A stretch of DNA of 64,000 bases from Paragordius varius (Eukaryota > Animalia > Nematomorpha), in assembly GCA_964247055.1 (NCBI GenBank), contig OZ176053.1:9920001-9984000 (forward strand). Reading direction: 5' to 3'. A model generated the notes under the pieces. That model searched no databases. It was not told the DNA's origin and worked only from the letters and a program-made list of their open reading frames with translations. The translations under genes were made by a program, and so were the position numbers. Position 1 is the first letter of the stretch. Each line of letters begins with the position of its first letter. Below, piece after piece: positions 51,762-64,000 of this stretch.

Positions 51762-53327
51762 GGGTGGGGTGATAAAAAAGGACTTGTAAGTTTACTTAAC
51801 ACTTCGATTCAATTTGGGGTATCTAAATACCCCAGACTAAATTAAAGTTAAAATTTTAAATAAACTACTGAAGGAAACGGTCCGAATTTAAATTTATGCT
51901 TCTATCCTAATGAAAAATTTATAAATTAGCTAAAATATCTTAATAAAATTTTGTTTTGAAAAAAAGGTTTCATGTCAAACTACTTCGACGCCATTTTTAT
52001 TTTACAAATTTTTGCGAAATATCGTCTTCATTTAATTTTAAGGGTAAAATTGAAGCTAATTTTTTAAAATTACATCTAACATTGATAGAAATAGAAAAAG
52101 CGGTTAATTTTGTATTATTTTTCAATTTTACCTTTGCACACATGTCACGTTGACTAAATTTTTACCTTTCAGTTTTTGGTTAAAATAAGTAATATCAAGT
52201 ATTTTTGAATGAAATTTTTTATATATTTCGGTTAATTAATGTTATATAAGTGCAAAATTTTGCCATGGCTTCGATCCCTTCCATATTTTTTAAAGAATTT
52301 AATTTTAAACATGCCTGGGGTATTTAACTACCCCAATTTGAATCGAAGGACTAAAATAAATGTGCTGTATCCAAGTGTTAAGCCAGCAAGTGTACATTGA
52401 AGATCGGTGATAAAATAAACACTTAAGTCAAGTCTTTTGCTCATGTAACATTTTTTTGCCACCCAGTTTGAATTTTACAAAAATTATTTTGATCATTTTC
52501 AGCCGAAATTTATGAAATAAGGCACAAAAAGATAAACAATTAATACAATATGCATTTATTAACGTATTTCGAACTTACTGGCAAGTATCTTATATAATAT
52601 ATAGAATTTAAATATTGGCCTGGTAGTTATTAGCTTAATAAAACCATTCGCCCTTGAAACGCTCTCCATTTCTTTATCACAATTCATTGTGTTTGGAGTC
52701 CATTTGCAAATATAATGGGAAGATGTTTATACAATATAACATAATTATTTTTAATTGATTATAAACATTACATTCGAAATAAATTTATGATAAAATAAAT
52801 TCTTTACATTGGTTAATAGTGAAATAACCTTTTGCTTGCTATAAACGAAGATTTGAAATTTTCCAAGATTAATATTTGACTATTAATTTTAAGAAATATT
52901 CGTGGATCCAATTTTTTTGCGGTCACGGAATTGATATATTTAGCATATTTTTATATAGTCATGTTATTTAATATTAGCATAGTTTTTCAAATTTTTCCTC
53001 TTTTGTATCCACCCAATGAATAGATTAATTGCCCAAAATTTATCAAATTAACAATTTATAATTTTAATAGAGGTTTGAATTACATATAAAACCTAAATTT
53101 TAAACATAAATAGTTTCCAAAATAATTTTACCCATATTTTTAAATCTGTCAAGTGTGCCCTTCACCACACTTGCAAAATCTTTAAGTTATGCTTGAACAT
53201 TGATTTTTTATCACTTATCAAGTTTTTTTGCTTGACTTAAGTCGTGTAATGTTAATTTTTTTATCACATGAAAGCAAGCCATGACTAGAAAAACTTTCAA
53301 GTCAAAAAAACTTTTATCACCCGACTC
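51762..53327 (-). mobile_element. Second copy of the PIF/Harbinger-like element, inverted, containing a piggyBac-like MITE
   Basis: Ends GGGTGGGGTGATAAAAAA / TTTTATCACCCGACTC; TSD ATA. 52380-53327 is the reverse complement of ~47421-48385. Confidence 0.75.
51800..52377 (+). mobile_element. piggyBac-like MITE (family 1), near-consensus 578-bp copy
   Basis: TTAA|CACTTCGATTC...TATCCAAGTG|TTAA. Confidence 0.88.
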
Positions 53328-53352
53328 ATAGTGTGACAAAAATCACCAGTAC

Positions 53353-53868
53353 ATTAGTCCTTCAATTCAAATTGGGGTAGTTGGATATCCGAGGCCTGTT
53401 AAAAATCAAATACATTAAAAAGTATGGAAGGAATCGAAACCATGGCAAAATTTTGCACTTATATAATATTAAAAAACCTAATATAAAAAATTTTATTCAA
53501 AAATATTTGATATTCAATATTTTTAGCTAAAACCGAAAGGTAAAAATTTCGTCAACGTGACATGTGTCAAATGGTAAATATAAAAAATAATACAAATAAA
53601 CAGTTTTTTCTATTTCTATCAATGTTAGATGTAATTTATATTAATATTTAGCTTTAGTTTACCCTTAAAATTAAATGAAAACGATATTTTGCAAAAATTT
53701 TGTAAAATAAAAATGGCGTCGAAGTAATTTGAGATGGAACTTTTTTTTTCAAAACAAAATTTTATCAAGATATTTTGGCAAATTTATATAATTTTTATCA
53801 GGGTAGAAGCATAAATTTAAATTGGGACCGTTCAGTAGTTTTTTAAAATTTTAATTTGAATCGAAGTG
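53353..53868 (-). mobile_element. piggyBac-like MITE (family 1), one end truncated
   Basis: Internal family-1 sequence ending AATCGAAGTG at 53868. Confidence 0.75.
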
Positions 53869-54980
53869 TTTAAATAAATTAATATAAGCTATAATATTTA
53901 AATTAGTTGTAGTTTTGTAAAAAAGTTCCCCATGAGTATTTTTTTTGGGTAGTTCCATTAGCGATTTCAAATTCAAGCTAACGTCCAATATTTAAGATAA
54001 TAAGCTTACATTAATTCTTTTATATATTTTAAAATATCAACACATCAAACTTCACCGTTATCTTTTCTTTGGATTTATAACAGTTAATAATCTCATCACT
54101 TTTTTGTGCTAAATGACATAATGGGGTAGTGTTGTATCCAAGACCTTATACTGTTTTGAAAGTGATTTGTTAAAATTAAATTATCTAGCATTGTTCTTAT
54201 ATATTAGATAAAAAAGCTTATATTTGGGACTGCTCCAAAAAACGGCCAAAAAATAGCTGATATAAGAAACAAATATCATGTTTTTCTGGTAAAATATAGC
54301 CTGAAAGCTTTTTATAATTATTTACGTTTAACCCTGAAAATTCAATTGCCTGTTGCATTTAGGAAAAAATGAAATGTGGCAAAAAAGTTTGAGTTGAGGA
54401 TATTTTTGTACATTTTTTAGAAAATATTTTTTTGCAAAACCTCAAAGGGCTAAACAAAGCACATTTTTAAATTCGAATTTTTTATAAACTTTTTAAAATA
54501 TTTAAATTTATCGGTCTGGGATATAAAAGCACCTTTTAAATCATGAAGTGTGAAATTGCTATTACAACAGACCTAAAATGAGTATGATTATTTTTAGAAA
54601 ATTATCAAGTCACAATTAACCAGCAAATACTTAATTTGATTTCATATAAACTCTGGGCCTTACTCAGAATTTAATGTATTCTAGGAAAACTTTCGAGGTT
54701 CAAAAGGTGACAATTATAATATCAGGAAAATAATGTTTAACGATAAGTTATACAAGTGGCGGTTTTTAACGCAGGCTATGTGTGGTATTACTTCAAAATG
54801 TAATCGTTTACAAAACAGTGAAAAGCTCAAAAATTCCAAGCTAAATTAGAATTCTGACACTCAATTGACCCTATTCAGTATATTTTTTGTTCACTGTATT
54901 ATATCCATATATTAACAGCTGACCGTTTTTAACCAAATATTTTAGCTCTTTCATTGTTTCATGTGAAATTTAAATTATTC

Positions 54981-57126
54981 ATGCTTTTTGAAAATTATTT
55001 AAAGCTGCTAGAAACTGAGTGTAATCAGGATCTTTTGCAAACCGAATTTGAAAAATTTAAAAGTTTAAGTTATATAAAAATATAGTTGAGATAAACATTT
55101 ATAGAGATTCACCAGTTTTATTGAAACCGCATCTCGGTAAATTTAATTAATTATTTAGATGATATTATTATTCGATTGGTTAACCATATTGCATCAAATA
55201 AATGTTACATTTATAAAACTCTTAACGAAATTAAATCTGTTTATTATTTCTAATTGTTAGATTATTGGAACAAAATGTTTTTCCATATATCTCCCAAATA
55301 GTCTAAATGTTTTAACCACAGTATTAACATCACTGAAATCTTCCGAAGTTTATATAAAAAACATTTATATATTTTAGTCATGGGAAGAATCATCTATACT
55401 TTTACTTTGGCTATCTATTGTGTGCAAAAATCCTTTCGACTTCAATCGCTTTAAAATACCATCTACTAAAAACAGTTCGGGCTCTATTACTAAAGATTTA
55501 CGAGTTTTAGGACAAGTTTTGTTTATATTATAGTTTATAGAACTATATTTTACAAGGTCCTCCTTTATCATTGTCTGCAGCCTATTTTTTGGGCCTCTAT
55601 ATTTCCCGCCCAGAGATAAGTAAAATTGAATTTTTACCATTTTTGAAATGGTCTTTGGAACATTTGGAGACACAAAACAATAATTTAGACAATGTAGAAA
55701 TTAAGAGAGCGATTTTACTCACACTTGCCTATATATTCAAATATGGCAATCGGAATGATCTCCTTTCACAAGGTTCACAAACATTTTTTATCATGTTTAG
55801 CATTACAGCTTTCGGTTCAAATAAAAAACAAATTTGATATATCCCCTGATGCACCTGATGTTTTACTTAAAGCATATCTTAAACTCTTGAAACGCCTAAT
55901 TTTAACCATACTAGACCCAAATAGATTGGACACCAAGTATGGCTCACTATTATTTTTTTTATTTACTGATTCGTATATTTTAATGATATTTTCTATTTAG
56001 TAACACCTTAACAAATTCCAAAAAGATTCTAAATATTCCTAATGAAGCTCCGCCTTTCGAGCGTGTGGAAAATTATTCAAAGGCAGATATTAGCACACAT
56101 ACGCAAGATGATAATGTTAAAAATGGTTTTAAAACTTTAAATAATACATCAATCGAAAATGCATCTTCTTTGGATTCTTTATCCTTTTTAAAGTTTGTTT
56201 TAGGTAAGATATCAATCTCGTAAAACTTTTTTTAGTAAAAATGTTTTTTAATAAATTATTTATATATTTTAATAGAGTAATAATTTTAGAGTTTTCCAAA
56301 GAGGTAAAAGTTGGTTTTAAATTTTTATTTAACACTTGGTTACAACACACTCATTTTAGTCCTTCGATTTAAATTGGGGTAGTTGGATACCCCAGGCTTG
56401 TTTAAAATCAAATACTTTAAAAAGTATGGAAGCAATCGAAACCATGGCAAAATTTTGCATTTATATAACATTAATAAACCGAAATATATAAAAAAATTTA
56501 TTCAAAAATATTTTCTATTTAATATTTTAAGCTTAAACTGAAAGGTAAAAATTTAGTCAACGTGACATGTGTCAAATTGTAAAATGAATTAATAATACAA
56601 AATATACCGCTTTTTCTAATCAATGTTGGATGTAATTTATATAAAAAATAAGCTTTAGTTTTACCCTTAAAATTAAATGAAGACGATATTTTGCAAAATT
56701 TTTGTAAAATAAAAATGGCGACGAAGTAGTTTGAGATGGAACTTTATTTCAAAACATAATTTTATCAAGATATTTTGGCATATTTATATAATATTTATCA
56801 GGATAGAAGCATAAATTTAAATTGGGACCGTTTCCTTCAGTAGTTTTTTTAAAAATTTTAATTTAAATTTAGTCTGGGGTATTTAGATACCCCAATTTGA
56901 ATCAAAGTTTTAATTCAAGGTTCTAATTTCAATTTATATTTACCAAATATAATTGCCCATAAAAGTTTTTTGTCGATTCATACTGTAAAAAGGCCCCACG
57001 ATTTATTCACATCTGATGCGCTAATGTTATGTAATTTTAGTTATAATTTTTTATCCATTTTCCAATATCTAAGTAGACAATAAATTTATCGTATGAAATG
57101 ATCTCTTGTAATAAATTTTTTATAAG

Positions 57127-57176
<50 letters not shown>

Positions 57177-60100
57177 TTATGGGTTGTTTTAGAAAAAATG
57201 TTGGAAGGGCTCGGTAAAGAAGCCTTAAACATTAATTATACGGCTGCCAAGGGGTATACTATTTTTTGTTTTATATAATATTTTATCAAACTTATGTGTA
57301 CATAATTTAATTATACCAGTTTTAAAGTGCTATACTATCAGTTAAAAATCTTATCGTTAGCTGCTTATATATTAAACTATTGAAACATATTATATAATAG
57401 AATAGCCTCAATATGCCTCCATTTACCTCCTGCTAATGTTAAACAAATAGTGGTAACTGTTATAAATCTATTCACTGAACAAACCAGTATTAATTTATGG
57501 CACGGAGGTAAATATTTGAAAAAAAACATTCTTCATCTTTTAGATCAAATTTTTATATTTTAAGATTTTTAATTATATTTGTTTGATAATAAAATTTTTA
57601 TTTAAACGGTCTTATATATATATAAAGGGTAAATGATATACTATATACCATGATACATATGAAATAGAGTCATTAATAAAGAGGCACACTAATATTATAA
57701 AAGATGCAGTTATAAAATTTAATCATTGTTTTGCAAAAATAAAAACTCACAATAATGTTTCTTCTCATAAATACAAACTCAAACTAATATTTTTAACTAT
57801 GATGTTTTTTATCCGGCCTTTTTTTATGTAACCAGAGATTGGAACCGGTACTGTCTTTTTTTCTGTATTCGGTTTGTATTGCAATAATAAAATTAAAACA
57901 TCCCCTTTTCGGTCTGAACTGGTGTTTTGGTTTTAAAAACCGTTCAAAAAACAGTTGATGGTTTCGGTTCTGCAAAAACGGTTGTAGTTTTTCCTCGCAT
58001 ATTATTATTAAATTTATATATATTTAAATTGGTAAAAGCTGATATATTTTCAAATGTTGTATTATTTTATTAATTTACCAAAATTAATAGAAATATTTTA
58101 TGTCCATTGATAATTAGTTTTGCACAAAAAAGTGTCAAAACAGATATTTAACTATATATTTACTATTTTTATGCTTAGGGTGCTTGTGTTTAGCAGAACT
58201 CTTTCGAAAACATTGTATACACTCTCTTGTCGGCTTTGAAAATGAATCCCTCTTTGATTCACGCATATTACCAATCATGAAAAAGGCTCTGTTTTACGAA
58301 AAACGTCAACTAACTGTTTCACATGGGAATAAAGTTAGAGATGCGGCTTGTTATGTTTGTTGGGCAATGGCTAGATCAATGTATCCTCTCCAAAAAGAAG
58401 CAGTTTTGGCCCTAGCAAAGTTATTACATATATAAATTAAAAGATTTTTATTATAATTCGGCAAAAAGTTTGGGATGATAAATTTTTTTGAAATCTGATA
58501 TTTTCAAGTTTTTGGATAATACGCTTCAATGTAAATAGAATGTTTTTTTTTCATTATTTATGTAAAGGATAGTTCTTGTGATATGTAGATATAAGTCTGT
58601 ATGTATGGCTTAATTGCCAAAAATCCATGATTTTTTTTGCTCGTCACTGTCGATCAACCTAAGAATAGCATTTTTGGTCCATTATATATATACAACTTAA
58701 CTTTTGACCAATTTTAATTAAATAAAAACAGGAAGCCAACTAAACTGTAAATAATCATAATAGTTTTTGCTTCGGGAAAACATTTGACAGCAAATGTGTG
58801 CTTGATTATATAAAACTCAAGTCTTTGGCATATGTGATGATTTGAGTAAGAATAAAACAATAAGATATATTAAGGGAAATTAACTAAAATTAAATATGCG
58901 GTGTTTTTATACTTTTTGTTATATATATAATATTTGCATGCTTAAACCAAGGTTAAATAACGTGTGCATGTTTAATACAAAAGTGATACAATAAGTTTAG
59001 TTCTAATACTAGATTTGTCTATAAAACATGTATTCACATATATTTTTGTCTATTCTAAGGTTACATCAATGTTATATTTAAATCCAACAGCTTATTATAA
59101 AAAAGAAAAGTAGACTCTAGCTATACCGGATATCATAATCGTTATTTAATTAGTAAAATTAATTTTCTATATCTCTAGGGATTTAATTAATGTTTCCCTT
59201 TTTGACGTTGATGACAAATGCAGGCGGGCAGCCTCAGCGGCATTTCAAGAGATGGTTGGACGATATGTAAGATCTAAAATAGATTTTTACATAATCCATT
59301 TCCGAGTCTAACATTTTTCTCAGTCAATTGAAACGTTTTTTCAGTCAAATAAACTAAAATCTTTTATATTCTTAAGGATAAATATTAAAATAGGATAAAA
59401 TAACTTTGCATACCTAAAAGAAATTATATGCAAGTTAATTAGAAATTTTTTATTATTTAAATTTCAATATTGAGCCATGATTAACCGACCTATTCTTTGT
59501 GACGTTTTGATTGTTTGGGAAAACGTTTCGTTTGACTGGGAAATCATTTTTCATATGGGAGTTGGTATTTCTAATCTTTATTTCACAAAATTATGTATTG
59601 TATTTTAATAGAGTGAGGATTACATACCTTTGGGTATTACTGTTTTAACCATGATTGATTTTTATGCCGTTTCTGTGGCTAAGAGGTGTTATTTAGAAAG
59701 TGCACCAAACGTGGCCACACTTAAAACTAAGAATTCTACAGGGGGATTTACAACAATCACCGGCGCTTCAAACGTTTCAAATATTGAAAGGATTCATATT
59801 GGTTATTCGGAATACGAAGTATTTTTTTATCTATTGAAATCGTTTACGAATTTTATTTTATATGATAAATATAGGAGGTTTTAGATATTAACATCCTATT
59901 TAGAAGCCTGAATATATTTATTATGGATTTGACTGAATTAGTCGGTTTTAGAAGAATTTGATGCAAACATCAGCAAAATTAATTAGATATTTATTATTGA
60001 ATTTTCGTTAGAATCATCAACCTATTCAAATCAACTCAATAAAAAAATTAAATTTAATATTAAGATATAAATTTAAATTTATAAAATATTTTATAATAAT

Positions 60101-63100
60101 GATGTATAACAATTCATAAAATATTCGCTATTACAATATGATTGAAATCTTTTTGTCTGTTTATTAACTTTTTTCTTTATTTATGTAGTAACTTTCATTT
60201 AAAAGTTTTTGGTATCGTTCTTTTTTGTCAAATATTCCGATGTTATCCCAGTATAACTTGTTTTAATGTATTCTTTAATAAAAGCTAGTAAATTTTAATT
60301 AGGCTGTATTGTTCTGAATTAATTGATTAATAAGTAAAATGAATTAACTTTTTTTGCTTGAAAATATCTTTCTCCATTAATTTCTATCGTTTAATTAAAA
60401 ATAATTTTTTTGCATATAGCTTCAATCATTCATTGGACAAAAACCTACTGGTAGTACATTGGATAATTTGGACTTTTTTACCGACATTTTCCCATACTTT
60501 GAAAGCACATTACACTACCTTATTCACGAACGATTACTTACTTTTTGGAATGTGGAAGTGAGACTTTTTGCAGCGCAATCTTTGCAAAATATGTTTTCCA
60601 AAGCATTTAATCTGTATTTTCTTACATCTTCGCTGGGCGACGATGATGGAAAGAACGAACAAAAAATGCTTATTATTGAATCTTTACTGCAAGACCCCAT
60701 GGTAAATGCCTACCATAACTTAATACAAACTTTTATACAAACGGCCGTGAATTGTTATCACACACCACAAGGCAATAGAGGGAAAAAGGTTGAACATCCC
60801 GAGAAATTGAATGGAAGTTTATTAGCCATATCACATATCATAACATCTTTTGTTGAGGTTATATCAAATCTAACCACAAAAACAAAAAATGATCAAAACT
60901 GTGATGATAATAAAAATGGAAATAATAAAAGAAGTTGTTTAACTCATATGAGTAAGATAATGGAATGTAACACATTTACGACCATTAATAGTGATATATC
61001 ACTCTTATTACGCCAATGTTTTGTGGAACCGATAGACTTGCATTTGATACCATTATTAGAAAGTGCAATATATATAACTAAAGATGTTCCTGGTAAAATA
61101 CTTTTCTAACCATTCGATTTGATTGCATGAACATTTAATTAAATTTTACTTAAAATTTCAAAATATATATTTTTTTATGAAATAGTTTATCATTAATATA
61201 CAATCTATTCCCTACTTTTTTTAAAAAAAACATATTAAATTAATTTTTAAAAATTCTATATTTTTACTTTTTTTATAATTGGCGTGCGCGATTTGGTAGT
61301 TGAATCTTTGCATTTTTTAATCATTAAAAGTGTAGCGTCATTAAATAATCACAAATTCTAGCGATTTGTAGGGCATAATAATTGTTTTTTAGTAGGATCT
61401 TTAACCTACGTAAATTAAATTTTTATAAAAAATCATATTCATCCAAAAAACCATAATCTTTTTTCATTTTATCCTGAATTTATCATCATAAGTGTGTCAC
61501 ATTATTTTCTAATTTAAATGACCTAATAATTAAAAAAACATGATAAAGTTTTTTTTAATTTTAGATCTATCTAAAAACGACGAATATTTGATTTTGAGGG
61601 CCAAAAAATATTATAATTTATAATAACTGGTTGCTTCGGTTAGTTAACATTTATAAAAATATATATCTTAGTTTGTTCCCCAGGGTCTGAAATTAAGCGC
61701 CGTAACGATTTGTCCAAATTTTTAATTTAATTTAAAACATATTTGTTGGATTATATGCAATATAATTTTCTATTTTCTAAAAGGGGTTAATTAAAAACAT
61801 TGTCCATATTTACCATTTATTATTTCTATTTAATTTTGAATATTTTAGTGATTCCTTCATTGGAAGATATCAAAGAGACATACACTAGTGTGGAGCCCTG
61901 GTTAAAAGTATTAGATGGTTTTCATCATTATAACAACGGACAGTTATCTAATATATCAGCCACTTGCTTTTTGATGGGAACACTCTGGAGAACTGGATGC
62001 GATAATAATTTATATTATAAATTAACTGAAACTGAAAGAGGTTGGCCAAGGATTTTGAGATCTAAGAAATTTTTGTCGAAATATATCAAAACTTTATTTG
62101 CTATTTTTTCTTTTACGATTTATTTTATTTTACCAATCAGTTATGGTATATAGTACTAAAAATTATTTAAGTTAATGTTATACAAGCAATAACATTTTTT
62201 GATGTTATAGGGGATAATAATTTGTTTTACCTAAGTTAAATAATAAGTTTAAAAATTAATAATATTTTACCATAAAATGCTGCTTTTAACCATATTTAAA
62301 ACGGCTCTTATGTTGTGAATTAGCATTTGATTTAGATAATAATCATCATTCATTTTTTATTATGTAGTCATATATTTTAAATTAACATTGATGATTTAGT
62401 GGTAAACATGGAATTGATGTTATCTTTGATGCTTAACGTGGTATTTCCTTCAATGTTCTATGATTTGCCTGAAAAGACCAAATACGTAGATTCGGAACTT
62501 CAAAATAATGGCCTATTTGCATTTAAGGCATTGAGTGATTTTCTTGATCTCACTAAAAGTTAGTTTATAATTTTTATTTAAAATTATTTAAACAAAAATA
62601 TTAATTTATTTTTTATCAGATTTCAATGAAACATGCCAAATTGTTTTTGTCGAATCTATTGTCCTAATATTGCAACATTATATGCCCAATTTGAACGGAG
62701 AGGGTGCTTTCAAACTTTATGCATGGTATGTATTTTTTAAATAACTTTTACATCTGTATTGATTAGGATAATATCATTAGTTTTAAACATATTTACTTAA
62801 ATATGAAATGAATAAACAGCTTAATGCTGTTTATATATATATATATATATATCTGAGCATCATATTTAAACCCCAAGTTTTTGAAGGAATACATTTATTG
62901 ATTTTTGTCTTTTGGGAAAAAATATCGAGAAACAAGATATGAGAACAAATTTTTGTTTTTCATATAATTATATATATGTTTTTCTGTCCTAATACTTGGA
63001 AACTGTTATACATGATATATTTATCCCTTCAAATATTTATATATTTTTATAATATTCTCTAATATTGTAGTTTAACTTGTCTTAAAATACTTTGCTTGCT

Positions 63101-64000
63101 TCCGATTAAATGGCTTCAATCTAGTTATGGACAGAATGTCGTCGGTGTAATAAACGAAAAAACCACATTGGAGAAAGTGTTAAATGATTTGGATAGGTTT
63201 TGTGAGCCAGATAACTCCTACCCCCCAGAAATAAGAAGCCAGGCTCTTTTAACTTTTATACAGTATGATTATTTGTGAAACATAAACATAAATACATTTA
63301 CAATCTACAAATATATGATTTATTTTAAATATTATAATCCATTAGATTATTAATGAAGCTTTCAGCGGATATCGATAATTCAAAAGTGCTTAAAAATGGT
63401 ATTAAAAATTTTTTTTATTCGTAAAACATAAGTGTAATACATTTATATTGAATTTTTTTATTTTTTTGAACGTCGAATATTTTAAACATTATTCAACAAA
63501 TAAAATTAAATCTCTTTAATTTGGTATAGTTTTTAAATTTACCACATTTTATCAGAATATTTCTATATTTAATGTTGATTTAACATTTCACAACAGAATG
63601 GAAAAGTAAGTTCACGGATAAATTGATAAAATGTTTTACGGATCATACATTGGATAGCGTTAAGGGTGACATATCTGCTATTGTAAGGCTTGGATCGTTT
63701 CCTGCATTTTATATTGCTTTAAACACTCCAAATTTTTTGGACAATTCAGATTTGGTACAGGTAATTTAATTGAAAGTATAATTATTTTTATTTATTGAAA
63801 AATTTGATATTCACCATATTTATATTGCCCATAAAATTTTACAAATAATTATTTGCATGTCAGAATCTAATATTATCGTTTAATTGTGTGTGTGTGTTAT
63901 AAGCTAGTCATGTAGTGACTCTTGGCTTTCTCATATAGTGTTCTCCATTTTTGACGATCCTGTGATTCTCTCAACAATTCAGGAAAAGTTCGGTTTGTTA
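54981..64000 (+). CDS. TBCD: Tubulin-specific chaperone D (cofactor D), multi-exon, continues beyond the window
   Basis: Spliced motifs YRDSPVLLKPHLD, SWEESSILLLWLSIVCKNPFDFNRF, TAAKGIA, LWHGGCLCLAEL, VRDAACYVCWAMAR, CRRAASAAFQEMVGR, DHTLDSVKGDISAIVR are colinear with TBCD. The first introns are 23, 22, 22, 30, 25, 28 and 64 nt. The start codon is uncertain. Confidence 0.93.
56333..56909 (-). mobile_element. piggyBac-like MITE (family 1) in a TBCD intron
   Basis: TTAA|CACTTGG... to ...AATCAAAGTT|TTAA, inside intron 56204-57192. Confidence 0.82.
57129..57172. repeat. (AT)22 microsatellite upstream of a TBCD 3' splice site
   Basis: Perfect AT run ending 18 nt before the acceptor AG (57191-57192). 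Confidence 0.95.

Noticed and set aside
31654-56350. ORFs at 31654, 33418, 40570, 42998, 51956 and 56129
   Set aside because: They overlap MITE or Harbinger-like repeats, are low complexity, and have no transposase motifs.

Overview
AT-rich animal genomic DNA, not prokaryotic; the taxon cannot be fixed from the sequence. Manual splicing recovers seven spliced genes: POLR2G/RPB7 (-), mitochondrial SSBP1 (+), a class A peptide GPCR with very large loops (+), EMC7 (+), a secreted and probably non-inhibitory serpin (-), ILKAP-type PP2C (-) and TBCD (+, runs off the window). A probable unidentified gene lies near 39.2-39.9 kb. The most unusual property is intron architecture. About 20 GT-AG introns are only 22-30 nt, with an apparent floor at 22 nt, while the long introns are often TE-filled and four carry (TA)n tracts against the 3' splice site. 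RPB7 and SSBP1 are head-to-head with only 62 bp between start codons. The repeat landscape includes: an RTE LINE 3' end; a ~5 kb higher-order tandem array (1057-bp unit) bounded by Helitron-like hairpin-CTAG ends; a very young 4.6-kb Mag-type Ty3/gypsy element (306-bp LTRs, TGGAG TSD, one in-frame TAG in integrase) plus a tandemly duplicated 5' part; an older inverted copy of the array; a Tc1/mariner IR-DR element; many piggyBac-like MITEs; and a PIF/Harbinger-like element reciprocally nested with them. All alignments and comparisons with human proteins were done by eye and from memory, not by database search.
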